This document shows positions 25,501-38,900 of a DNA stretch of 64,000 nt, piece by piece. Source of the DNA: Phoronis australis. Taxonomy: Eukaryota > Animalia > Phoronida. The notes below the pieces were generated by a model. The model saw only the letters and a program-made list of their open reading frames with translations. It did not search any database and had not been told where the DNA came from. The stretch lies in assembly GCA_002633005.1 (NCBI GenBank), contig NMRA01001023.1, positions 4,976 through 68,975 of the forward strand, read 5' to 3'. Numbering within the stretch: position 1 is the stretch's first letter; every line of letters begins with the position of its first letter. A program made the translations under genes and the position numbers.

Positions 25501-28162
25501 CACCACTGGTTTGCCAATCGCCATTCATATACAATGCACAGTGAGTCACAATAGTAACATAAAATTAAAAGCCGAATGGGGCACGCTAAGTCGTTTTTAC
25601 TTGGGAGCAGCTCAGCTGAAAAGTGCATCAATGACTACCGTCCCAAAACGTGTCAAGCGTTGGATTCGGGATTTGGGTAGCGGCGTTTTCCTCTAATCAC
25701 TACTCAGGTATATTTATGAACGAAAACTTCTTCCAAATTCTATTCAAATTCCGCCTATTTATACTCATGGCTTTTTCACCGCGACATTCTAGGAAGACAA
25801 CCCTCTACTACAGTTCGACTTCAAAAACTGTGGCTCTTCGAATGACATTCTCCAGATATCCAAAGTCTCCGTGTCTCCAGATCCAGTCAAACTACCCGGA
25901 AGCATAACCGTTTCTTTCACAGCAAAGATTCTACGAAACATCACTGCTCCACTCACCGTAAGTTATGCACGAGTTGCGGTGTCGTCAATGGTACTTGCAT
26001 TTGCGGGGACTGTGTTAACATGAACTATCAATATTTCTTAAAGACATCATTTGCAATATTGCAGCCCTCAAAGTATGTAAATGTCGGTGACCACGTTATT
26101 TATTTGTTGTAAACAATTTGATTGTTGTCTAACTAGTGTTACGACGATCGAGCTAGTTTCATGTTGCGAGTCATATTGCCGTGGCACTGTGCACTGTTTA
26201 GGCTACGGGTACTGTTGAGGAGAGTCCTGTGCAGAAGGCACAATGGAAGAGTGGTCTGCAGAACCATTCGGGACTCGTGCAGGCATTGATATTTTTAAAC
26301 TAAGAAAAAAGCCTGATAAATTTTACAAATTTCAGTTTCATACAAAACGTGATTGAAAGCAGAAGGCACAAAATATGGTTATTGGTTTTCCTGTTCACAA
26401 AATTACGTGATATCTGATGTGATGAATTTACGACGAGGTTACATTTCTCCTCCAGTACTTGCCTTTGGATACGTTGTACGTCGCTAAGCTTTTCTTTCGT
26501 TACTTATAGGCTCAACTCTCGGTAGAGAAAAAGATCCTCGGGTTTTATTTATCCATTCCGTGTATAAAGAACGTCGGGTCGTGCACCTACAAGGACCTCT
26601 GTTCTATGATTCCTATCAAGCCCGGCCAACAATGTCCGGCATCTTTCCAGAAGTACAAGTTACCCTGCACGTGCCCCTTCCATGCGGTAAGACTCTTTGT
26701 GATACAGGCCCCAGTGCCCGGATGCATGAAACACCCAAATAGGGACTCAACTATAAGGTCCCCAAGTCTTTTGGGGGTATTTGTGTCTTTATGGACTCAC
26801 AGATGCAATGTTTTTCTATCATTTCATGTTCATTATGAGCCCCTCTTTGATTAATGACATTTTCTAATAATATAACTAAAAACCGAGCCCAGAGTTCATC
26901 GAAAATAAATAGAGACTCAGCCCTTAAATTGAGGGTGTTGCATGAAAAGATCACTACTTATTTTAGATAAATTTGACAATTCACTCTCGATTTGCCAAAG
27001 TCAAAAGTTGACTTAGTAATGAAACTAGAACAATACAAGAAAGGGCAATCGATGTCTTCAACAATCCAAAAACACGCATTAGATTTAGGGACCATAGTCG
27101 AGTCCCTATTGGGGACTGTTTCATGCAACTGGCCACAGGAGTCTGTTCCACGAACACTTTTTGTTATGTAAAGTATCGCATTCGGCGATAAACTGTTTTT
27201 TATTCAACCACAAAACGGTCACAGTCCGCCACTTTAGAAGTGGAGCAAAACCGTACTCGGCAGGTAAACGGTTAAAGATGGATCACGATCTGTTCAGGAA
27301 ACTAAAAGATCAAATTAGGCCTTTTACTCTCATGAAATTGGTCACACAAAACTCCTTATCATGATAGGATTCTATATTCCCATGCCTAAGAAAATCGAAA
27401 CCACATAATACTCCCGTGAACGTTTCAAAGCTCATTTAGGTTGATTAATTTAAAATTGCGAATTCGAATGTGGCGCATGCCAAAAATACGCGTTGACTGT
27501 TACTTGAACTGGCAATAAAAATGCAATCTTGTCATATTGAGGAAGATTATGAGAGCGATTCAAATTGTACACAAAATGAAGCTTTAAATTAAGCCAGTGT
27601 TTGAGGAACAGGAAAGTTTTACCTGAACTTAGACTCTTGAAAACTCCTTCTACTAGATCTCAGAAAACACAGATGTGAATAGGACTTTCCACCAAAAAAC
27701 ACACCGAGTCCTTCAGTGAAACCAGTGTCACGGTTTCAGGAGGAAGACAGTCTTTCTGCATGTATTTGAAGACTGACCTCGATTTCACAAAATGACTGGC
27801 AGCCTTCGACGAAAATTGAAGACTCGTAATAAAATCGGATTTTGTGTTTTATACAGTGGTTCTGGTCGAAGCTAATAACTTCATCAGAGGTCTGACCACG
27901 TCCATAAAACTGGACAAATTTGATTGATTTCGTAAACGAAATAACAACCTATCTCTTTATGCGCCTTCGAGTTCATTAATTTTTAACGGAGTGTGCTTCT
28001 TGTTTCTAGGGTTCTTACACTGTGCCTAAGGTCACAATGGAGGTCGGGAAAGTAAAGCTGCCATCCTTCCTTGCGAACGGCGACTACAAAATAAAAGTGA
28101 ACCTCATGCATAAAGACACGCGGGTGGGGTGCTACGAAGTGAAGGCATCTCTGGTTATTTAG
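22571..28162 (+). CDS. GM2A: Ganglioside GM2 activator-like protein (ML domain), complete 4-exon gene, 228 aa
   Basis: Exons 22571-22762 (signal peptide plus pro-region), 25793-25957 (FDFKNCG...PDPVKLPG), 26510-26686 (IPCIKNVGSCTY...LPCTCPF) and 28010-28162 (GSYTVP...LPSFLANGDY...VGCYEV). All introns are phase 0 and GT-AG; 8 Cys as in GM2AP. Confidence 0.92.
24546..25403 (+). repeat. ~425-bp tandem duplication across a single-N join (probable assembly overlap)
   Basis: 24546-24970 repeated at 24972-25403, separated by N at 24971. Confidence 0.9.
26715..27135. mobile_element. MITE with ~50-bp TIRs (PIF/Harbinger-like ends) in GM2A intron 3
   Basis: GCCCGGATGCATGAAACA...AATAGGGACTC vs GAGTCCCTATT...TGTTTCATGCAACTGGC; related copy at ~52095-52490. 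Confidence 0.75.
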
Positions 28163-28355
28163 TGGCGGGCGCTTTTGAGAAATTCTATAATTTTATATTG
28201 CAGCTCCGTCGGTACATACGTGATTCCCCTAAGTGAACTCACGTCAACATTCTTTAAGGAATGCAACGCTTTTTGTAAAATGTAAAAAGAACGCAACTAA
28301 AGAAACTAAAACGAGCTTGTATTTGTTTACTCATCGCTTGTTCTCTGCGTGTTTA

Positions 28356-28361
28356 AATAAA
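28356..28361 (+). terminator. Putative poly(A) signal of the complete GM2A-like gene (copy at 838-843)
   Basis: First AATAAA ~195 nt after the stop codon. Confidence 0.5.
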
Positions 28362-28644
28362 CTACGATATCATCACGGTATTCAATCAATAGAATTCAAC
28401 TGATCTGAACAGGCATGAAACATAAGAGGGTCGACACATGCAGTAACTAAACAAGATGCAAAACAATATGCACTGAAATGAGTGCAAATACTTTTTCCCG
28501 TGGCTCGTTTCCGGCTTACAATTGCGTCCAAGTCAGTTGGCCGCCATTCGGTGTTCGCTTGGATCGCAAAACCCTAGTAAAATAATGCATTCCTTTAGCG
28601 TTATGCAAGATACTGCTCTTACAGGTTAATCTTTGTTAGATTCT

Positions 28645-28650
28645 TTTATT
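28645..28650 (-). terminator. Putative poly(A) signal of WDR36 (copy at 1127-1132)
   Basis: AATAAA on the minus strand ~1.1 kb after the stop codon. Confidence 0.4.
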
Positions 28651-29775
28651 AAACATTAACCTGAAACTATTTGCAAGATAGGCCATTAACCCACTTTTTG
28701 TTATTCAGAACAGTCGAGATTATAAATTTTAACTTTGGTGGATACACGCACAGCAGATCTGGCCAAGAACTGTCACTCTTCTCTCAGAGATCACAGGATA
28801 GGCCTATGTCACGTTTAAGGAGGAGTCAGTCTATGTTATCTCTTCGCACACTTCGTACAGGAATACTATGAAGTAAGTCTTCCATGGCGAATGCTCTTAC
28901 CGTAGATTCTCAACCCCGCTTATTCACTCGATAACCCGGACAGGGAATGTCACAGCTATGTTGATTACTGTTGCACGTCCGATGCGATGGTAAGGCTCAC
29001 TGGAAAACTAGGGTATAGGTTTGGGCACTTACGTGTTGGCCAAAATCACCAAGGACAAGTCAGCTATAGTGGGTATTCACATGTGTTGGGTAAAACTTGT
29101 AGACTATCGGTCATGAATATGCATTGTTTTGCCACCCTTGAATATGTACCTGATCAACGGTGAAGCTGCACTGGCAGCCTCTCCTATGACGTGTAAAGAC
29201 AAATGGATGAGTGCAAATTATCAGTACTGTAGCACAAAGGTTAATGTCATGAGGAACGGATCCACAGATGACTGACTAATTTTGCAGCCAAATGAGCTCA
29301 AATCTAGCGTTCAGTATTGAAACTGTCTTTTTTACCTCCAATATGCTTTCAGCTGAGCTGGTCTTGCCAACTTGTTAACCTTTGTCTCAAGGAATAATTG
29401 TCAATTCAGAAACTACTTCTCAGAAACGAGTTATGACTAATTTTACACTGTGAATGGTCCTAAGCAAGTGCTGTTTTTGTACAAGTTTAAACAAAAGACA
29501 CATAACAATATATTCAAGAAATAATTATTTTTACCAATTTACAAATATTTACAATGAACATTGTGACAGGGAAAGCATATGTTCCAGTGTCACTTACTAA
29601 GTGTAAATTTTGTTGAAAACTCTTCAGAGACTCTGTCACACTGTCATGCCTCCAAAAGAGGCAGCAATGATATCAAATACAGGGTGTGCCAAGACCGGAA
29701 CACAATTTGACACTGCTGTATTTCTATAATGTGTCCATGCTTTTGAAACACTCTCTACTGTTGCCTAGGCGACCA

Positions 29776-29925
29776 TCATAATGTTGCCGACTTGAGATAG
29801 TTTACTAGACACAGGTTCTGATTAAACATGGTCTGAAGATGATCCCACGCACAACTCTGGTGGGGCACTAGTTTCCTGGCTTCCTCCAACAGCACGGCCT
29901 CCTGGGAAATTAGGTCTCCAAACAC
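29776..29925 (-). CDS. WDR36: WDR36 last coding exon (VFGDLISQE...NYLKSATL*)
   Basis: CAG acceptor; TGA at 29776-29778; WDR36-like C-terminus. Confidence 0.92.
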   Translation of the reverse strand: MFGDLISQEAVLLEEARKLVPHQSCAWDHLQTMFNQNLCLVNYLKSATL

Positions 29926-32900
29926 CTGTAATAAGAACAGAAGTAATGGTAGTTGTTATGACGACGACGACGGCGGTGATGACGACCACGACGACCAAGA
30001 AGGTTTCCACTTGTATTGCCTTTTTGTTTATGTAACAGACAAAATCGACACCCATAGCTTACACGGGTTCTCCATGTATTTAAAAATTAAATTACATATT
30101 ACGCACTTAAAGCTCTCAGTGTAACGTTCTACATTGTTATGCATGTTCTACTTGAAGTAACCCTGATCACCTGTCTCACATCTTAGTCGTATGTTTTTCT
30201 AACCATTTGGTTATTAAACTTGTATCAACGGTCTCCGTGTTTAATTCTTTATGAAATACTAAAATTTTATTTACGTTTTTAAATAAACTTGCATTGTATC
30301 TTATTTCATAGTAGACGTATTTTTTTTCTGTTGTTATCTATATCGTTCTTCTTAATTGTTAATATCTGTTTAATTTACTGTTACTCGGTGGTCAGCAATT
30401 AGCGGCCTGTGCCTTTACTGGCCACTCAGCCACATAACAATGCATGTTTTTATACGATTTAAAAAATAAAAGTTAATTCTCTCTCTCTTTCTCTGACCAA
30501 TGGCAAAAAATAAGAAAATTTTCCAGGTGACATGGCATTCATCAAATAAATAGGCTTATGTGATAGAAATATTCTTTGTGTTGTAAACTTCAATTGCAAG
30601 GAAAGTTTATTTGCATGAATGATGTCAAAATAATGACAAAAAGAGATGCAAATAGAGGAAACTGGAAATCAATGTGAGGAAACCAAAAAGAGGAAAATTC
30701 CATGCCCTGCTTCACAGATAAATTTCCAGTGACTGTTTAACTTGAATACAATTTTGAATAAATAAGGTCAAGAAGAAACACCGAAATAAAACGAATCAAT
30801 ATGCCCTGTGGCCCCATGACACTGCTGACACCAATAGATGGCGGTGCACAACGCTGACCTTGATAAAAAGACCCAGAACCACTTGGATAAATTCAAAATT
30901 TGTCTTCCTGGTCAGTTGATGTCGAACAAACTGTAGGAAGTTGACCAGTAGCTGGACAGAGCCACCACCCTCTGGACCCAGCATTCGTATTTCAGCATCC
31001 AGTCGTGATGGGCCCAGGTCTTTAATGAAGTTCAACAGAACACCATCTGTAACAGACAATGAGGACAACTACTATGCTATACTGATACTGCAGATAACAA
31101 CTAATTACTTGGACAAAATTCAGAAATGAGAGACTCTAGCATGCCCCAACGGTAACCTCAAACACTTTTGTTCAATATAAATATCCAAGATGAAATGTCA
31201 ATAACACAATTGCAGTTTTCTGTATTGTCCTTTTATGCACCTTTTTAGTTTTCCATGAAATCCCCGAAAATCCCAATTTCGGATCACCCTTCATGCTTAA
31301 GTGGAAATTCCTAGCGTTTTAATAGGAGAAGACTGAGAGAACAGACATCTTTGAAACATGAAACTAGCCAAATTTGGCATACAATATAAAAATTCTGAAA
31401 AGAGACAAATGATTCAAGAGACAAAAGTGTTACACATTTACAAGCATCAATATGGGTTACACACGATCCCTTATTCATATGGCTTTTCCGCTGAAGCACC
31501 CTCACTAGACTACCATTTATAGTTCGCATTAATGAACAATCCTTATTAAGAGAGGCTATTGAAGTCGGTAATGGGACAAACAATGGCTGGTGATTTGATT
31601 ACAAATGGAAAAACTACACCAAATTATGCTTTAACTGTACATCAAGATGAGCCTCATACACAACTCACCAGTTGGGTCCTGCTGTAGCAGTCGTCCTAAC
31701 TCTGACAACGGCTGGCTCAGATTGGTCTTCAAAACATGTGAATCCTATAACACCAAACCGGTGTTAATTACATAGTGGACAGAATTACATGGACCTGAGC
31801 TTGTTCAAAAGGAAATTACAAACATAATTCTAAAACTCTTGCGTAGCAGACAGGGTCATTTTCTTATTTTAGCTAAATCTCACTACCTTTGGATGATGTC
31901 TACAACAGTATGTCCATATCCAAAAAACAGCGGATTTTTCAAAAGAAAAACAATTTTTTGTTCAAGTGATTTGCATATGTAACTGCATTCACCTAAGCTT
32001 CACAGACAGGCGCAGGCAGCCATGCATCACATAAGTACTTGTCTAAAACTGTTTGGCAAGCCCATTTTAGACTCTCAGGACAGTTCATTTCAATACTTAA
32101 TGTTGTATTAAAAAGACTACATCCACTGCCAAGCTTCTACATACAGGCGTACGGGCCTAAATATGCACATATATGGGAACTACTTAATTTCTTATGATAC
32201 TGAAGGTTTTTCATGGCGCACCTGCAAAAACATTTAAACTGGAAAATATCACTCTCAAGACTTTAAAATATATTTAGGCCTGCAGAATATTGCCGCAGGA
32301 CTAAACCAATGTGTACCTGCTTTTCTTCGTTGTCTTCAATCGGGGCAAACTTTGGCTGTAGCCCGGGAATTGTGGGTAGAAAAAATGGTGCCAACTTTGG
32401 TACTTTAGGTGGCTCCTTAGGCTTGTTTTTCAACTACAAGAAAATTTTGTTATGTTCTGAAACTAATGTGAAATACATGTTTTTTAATAAAGCACCACTA
32501 ACAGTGAAGATGAGGCCATAACAGCGGAGAGCAAATTTTAACAACGGTCTTGAGATAAGGATCTTCGCAGAATGTGAATGGCTGGTACTTCAACTTGAGC
32601 TCATATAGACAGAAACACATTTGACTGGTTAGTAGGTTCATAGACTTCCATCCCTGGAATGCCAGATTCGATCTTGTGCTGGAGAGGTTATGCCGTCCAT
32701 GGGTGGCATTTGCTTGCGTTCGTTTGTTCAGGTGTTAGTTCTTTACTGTCACTAAAACCTTTTGAAACTATGACAATTTTAACCGCATTGCATAAAAGTC
32801 ATATCATTAGAAAACTATTCATAAATTCTTGATGGTGTATGATTATACAAGAAGCAAAAAAAATAATTAAATTAATAAATAATTATCATTTTGCAAACCT

Positions 32901-35900
32901 CACAGGTTTAAAAAACACCAAGTGTTACCAAAATGCAAAAAAAATAACAAGGTGCTTCAGTAATGTAAAAAGAAAATGAACCAGAGGTTGTAACTTTAAT
33001 GATTCAAAAAGATTTTTACCCTACCAAGACAAAGAATTTAGAACATGGATCCCTCACAGTTGCTGTGATGAATTGTAAGGCATACATCTTGGACTGTTGG
33101 TGCCATTTGACACACAGTTCTTCAGTAAAAAATTCAGGATGCAGTGACATTTACACAAAATGTGATAAACTAATTGCTTCAACTATCTGTCTGAAATTTG
33201 CAGATAAAGGGTTTCTGATAGATAAAAAATGAGCAAACATCTAGTGTGTAGCTTTGAAACGTACTGTTGATAGATCATGATAGCACAGTTGGTAGTGAAG
33301 GACTTTTTACAGTAGTTTATAAATCAACTCAATTCTTCAGAAAGTAAAAACTAGTGATCCTGATACACACCGCAGTAGTGTGTTTTGTCATAAACGAGAC
33401 ACTGGAACTCATTTTACGACTGTTATGTTATGAAAGAAAGTGGACTCTGGAAAATGATAATATTCATGACAAAGAGACAATGTCATTTTGTACACACCTG
33501 TTAGTGGGGCCTAAACTTATCATTAAAATTGCAGAACAAATATTCAAAACCAAATGTCACTTCTTTCTGTAAAATGCAGTAACCTGATCTCAAAACTCCA
33601 AAATGTCTTGTTGAAAAACTCTTAGCATGTAGTTTGATAGGTTGTCGAAAGTAGTTCTAAGTTGAGCTGAAAAGGTATCAGAAGCCAGGTTATTCCAGGC
33701 ATCCAATCAGGGCTAAGAGCAAGAGGGGTACGAAGAATGACCGGGTTGGTTGAGTAATTTTGTTGGCACATCGCTGGTTGTCTATCTGGAACCGAGCCCT
33801 ACGAGTCTCGCTTGATGAACAAAAATGACAAAATGAAAATGAAGTAATAAAATTAGGCTTGATTTCATAACTACAACACTCAGTCGAGTGGACAGCCAGA
33901 AATTCACAGTGTGAGTTTTCGCAGGTAGTTTCGGGGTCGCAAGCTCTAATAATAGAACACACTGGTCATGTGTGGGAGCTGGCATACCAGGGCTAGAGTT
34001 ATATGGTAGGAGGAAAGGCCGTCCTGCCCCATGTTGCCAAATACACCTGCCTAAAGAGGGTGCTAGAGTTTTGCACGTCATGTCCTACCTTGATGAGGTC
34101 AAGTGAGAGGAGACTAAGCCACCTGGAACTAGGCAGTAGAGAGAGAGTGACCAACTCACTGGCCAGTTGGTCGGGCGACTTGTACTCGTCCACAAGTACC
34201 TCGACATGGGTGGTGTCAGGCTCGAACTGCTTGTCATCTGAAGAAATAAGAATGGAGTGAAGACGTTTGACAAACTTCAGCTAAAGTTTACCTCCTTACT
34301 TGGTGAAGCATATATTTTCCATTAAGATTTCATCAACAAATGAATTGATGCATAGTGAAACTCCAAAATAATTATCAACAAAGTAAATCCTACTTTTTAA
34401 TACTCATGGATTAAATTTTTTTATATGTGACTTTTTGTCTAGCTCAGGTTAAGATATTATACCCATTGACTCCACCTCTACACACGCAAGTGTGACCCAG
34501 CAGTTCAACCAATTCAGCACACTAACTATCTCTATAGCTTGAACTCTGAAACCCATGGGTGACAGCACTAGCAAAATATTCCTAATTGCTAACAAGCAAC
34601 TTACTAAACAACCATCACTTTAACTTATCATTTCAGCACAGACAGCTGTATAACCCAGATCCAGAACTGGTTTGCTAACTAAAGCAGTACGTGCATTTAC
34701 TAACAGCTATTATAGTTACCAAAATGTAGGTCTCAAGCCACCCAGTAACTTCATAATGTATTGAGGACAGCATCGGATGAGAGTATAGAAAACATCACAA
34801 GACAAACTAGTTCCCACGTTACCAGAGTTACGGCTGGTAGTATTTTACATAAACCCATCGAAGAAGATGAAAGGTGTCTGTGCACTAGGAATATGGGTAA
34901 ATTTTCAATGCAACATATAAGTCTTATTTCTCAATATATTATTAATACAGTTTAAAATATTCACCAATACCTTCAGCTTGTGAGCTTGTGCTGGGTAATT
35001 CAAGCACTTGGGGCTCAAAGTCTGCTGGCAGAGCAGCCAGGGGCACGTGACTGTACAGCGTCTTATTGGACCAGAGGTAGACGGAGAGGTCATCCACGTG
35101 ACAAGTGACCAAAAACTCTGATGTAGGGGACATGACAAGGCTAGTGACAGGTACGTCTGTCAGGAAGCAGTCGATGAGCGCGCCGGACGGCAGGTTCCAC
35201 ACACGTACTGTACAGTTCATGCAGGACGACACCAGCCAATGAGAGTTGGGGCTGAATGCCTGTTGAGTTTTATAATTAAAACAGATGTAGTTGCACACAA
35301 GTGACACAGCAATCACTAGGAGAAAGTTGAAAATTATAACTGAGATGCATCATGATTTTCATTTTCAACTTTCTTCTGTTACTATGGCCACAAACTAGTG
35401 TTCCAGCAATCACTCTTCCTTAACAAACAAAATGAAAGTTAACAGACAATTTTTTATTACAAAAGGGCTTCTTTATCAATGCATAAGTGTAAGGAATTCA
35501 AATTTTACAAATGTTCAGGTAAATATAAGATTGAATTATAATTAAATTCACACAATGACACCTGCTTTTTCACAATAGACCTCGCTAATTAACGTCTAAG
35601 ACAGAAAGGTGACAATTTTTGCCCCTGTTGCAGTCACAACTGTGGAATCTCTCACCAGTTCTGTGAGGTCCACCATTGGGAAACCCACATCGGGTCCTAT
35701 AAATTCTGAGTTTGCAGCTGCGTGTAAAGACAAAATCATCACAAGTCGAGTAACAATTGGACCCACGCATCGAGTCAATGAAAAACCAAAGGAGAAAAAA
35801 CCAGGACAAAACCACGAGCAATAAATAATAAGCTGGGAAGGTCAAAGGTCGTAGTGCTACGTACCAAATCTGTGACACGATTACTGTGGCCAGAGAATTT

Positions 35901-38900
35901 CCTGATGATGTTTCGAGTTTCAATGTCCACAACACTGATGGTATAGTTGGAGAGAGCTACAGCCAGCATGCAGCTTTAAGACAAGAAAATAACATCTTGA
36001 GGCAGGGGGAATCTCATGGAGTGGAAAAATCAACACGACCTTTGGACATTTTTCATAGTGCTGTTGTGTTAACCCAACATAAGTGTCTATTATTGTATAT
36101 TCTTGTACATAAATGTTTACATGGAATAACTGTATAATCCTAATTTTCACTTGATAACCACATCATTAAGGTTAAAGGTTTGACATTTTACTCAAAACTT
36201 CAAGTTTTAACTCGCATTCGCAGCTCGAATATAGGGGTCGTCCAGTGTGACCTTGGACTAGAAACTCACACGTATACACCACAATGTACTTGAGCACAGA
36301 CAAATAGACAAATATTGTAGAACGGAAAATGCCAAAAAATTCATATTCCATTTCAAGTACTAAGATTAGGCTACGTCCCCATGACCTGAAATCCAAACTT
36401 TTAATGACAATTAAGTTTCTATATTTCAACTGTTCTATTCAAGATGACTGTTATACCTAGCAAACACTGAGGAAACACCAAAGTAAGACTGTAAACGTGT
36501 TTAGGGTAAGGTATAGATTCGTTTCATATCATTTTTTATAGCTTAAAGTGAATATAAAAACTGTGGGATGACTCCGTACACTTTGAGACTTAATAAGAAA
36601 ATCTCATTTGAAAAAAATTGCCTTAAACACAGATGAGTGTCTCGCTAAACTTAGCACTTGACAATGATCCCAGGAGGCAGTGTGACCTAGTGGCATAAGT
36701 ATCTGCTTTAATTACTCAAGGCCGTGGATTGGAGTCCCACAGGAGCACACTGCTAGACCCTTGAGTCAGGTCTCTAGCTCCTCAGCTCGGTTTTAACTAT
36801 ATGTTAATAAAGCATTGAAATATTTTCAGGTGATCAGTGCAATGGGTTCACCTGAACGGCCTGTGCATGTCTGGTACGAAGACCGCAAGCAATTATTTTT
36901 TATTGAATGATCCAAGCATTAAGGCCCACTTTTGAAATCTTGATCTCAATTTGTAGGTTCAATATAAAGGTCATCCAGTGTGAGAGTGAATTAGATAGTT
37001 TACACCCTCTGTCCATTGGTTAGGCTATAAAAGCATACTAGGTTCTTGTCTGCACCAGGGCTCACTTTGAAAACGGCGCCTTACTGGGAAAAAGCTACCT
37101 GCCTGTATCAATTTCAGCCAAAGTCTTGAATGCCAGGCGAACGCATGCAAGCAAGGTTTCAAATGCCACAACTTTTCGAGTTAGCCAAAATCACACGATG
37201 ACACACACAGTTTCATAACAACTGACTCAAGTCTAAGTCAAAAATTTAGTCTTAGAATTTGCACAACTATTTCTGAAAAATAATTAAATTTTACTTGAGC
37301 AAAAATACAAAGACTCTGAGAACATACACCTGTCTATTACTTAGTGAAATAATTTAATTATTTCTAGACCATGATGAACTCACAACTACATTGCAAAACC
37401 ATTATTCAGCAACTGTAAAATGGAAAAGTTAGATGACAGACTACAGTACATGGACCGCTAACTCTGTATATTTTCAATGGACGAAATCCGTGATCTTACA
37501 CATAAGCCGTGACGGCACTATTCACTAGCAACACCTGGCAAAATAAGCAAGTTTTACTTCTGGCAAGTATGTCGTCTGCTTTTGCGTGGTCGGGTGCCAA
37601 AAGTACTCATGATACCAACAGTTCTGTTATTGGAAGACTTTGAACAGCGTTTCAATGCCGAAATGTTTTCCCCGTTGTACTGGACCGTAAAATAGAAGCG
37701 GGAATTTCCCATCACAATACACGAACAGGAAACTGAAATTGGTAATTTAGGAGAGTGGCACCTCCTATAGGACAGTATGCAAGAAAATGTCGGAGTTGCG
37801 AATCTGTTGTCTAAATCTATGGTTAGACCAAATTCCTATCTAAGTCTTAAGTATTTGTTCATGAAACACATTCAAGGACCAACAACTCTTCCTTCTGGCT
37901 TCCATACCACATTTCATAATGAGTACTTTTATATTCAGACCATTCGACAGTGCAACGACTTGCCAATTCGTCTAAAGGGGGTTTGATGGTTATGATGACT
38001 TCAAACACACACTCATCAGATAGCTGTCCCTACCCTCCTTTTCAGTCATATCATTGTAAATACCATATAAAGGTTTTAATTTATTTTTAATTCAGTTTGT
38101 AAAATATTCCTTTTAATTTAATGTAACTTAATTTAATCTATCTTTAGTTAATCAATTTTTGTTTGCTTTGACAGGAACATGCTGTATATTTACCTTTGGC
38201 TAAAGCATGTTTGTATTTTATCCTCTATATATAAAGTTCATTATTATATTTATAATTATAATTATTATTATTATTACATATCAAACAAAAGTAAACTAAT
38301 TTCATGTTCTAACCTGTCTCGATGAAGACACATATGCTCCGCTGGACACCCCAGTTTCACCGCGTCCAGCAGTTGTTTACTTTTGAACTTCCAAAACTTT
38401 AGCTGACCGTCACCGCCCAGTGAGACTGTCAGTTGATTCAGGCCATCCACCACAACATCCCGGACACAGCTGTCGTGAGCTGTCAGAGAACATAGGTCGA
38501 TTAGGAGAGAACACACAGCTGACAAATAACTGGCAATTGCTATTAAAAGGTCATTAGGTCACGTGATGTGGCGTGCTGGCAAGATTTAAATGTTTGCAAC
38601 ATATTGAAAGGAAGTTATGTGAAATAAGTAATATGTTACTGTATTCAGAGCAAGAAAATATATTTTATAAAATGTCTTTTTCAAACAAAGACTAAAACTT
38701 GTTCATATTAAATAACATGTCTTTACAAGTTCAACAATTAATTAGTTTAGCTTACAACTATTTTCATGCTTCTGCCCTCTCAGTGCACAATAATGAAATA
38801 TAATTAGAGTAATTATTAACACACACAATAACAGTAATTTATACTTCAACGCAGAGAGACATTAAAACTCAACAACTTCAGGACCATTATATGTTCAAGA

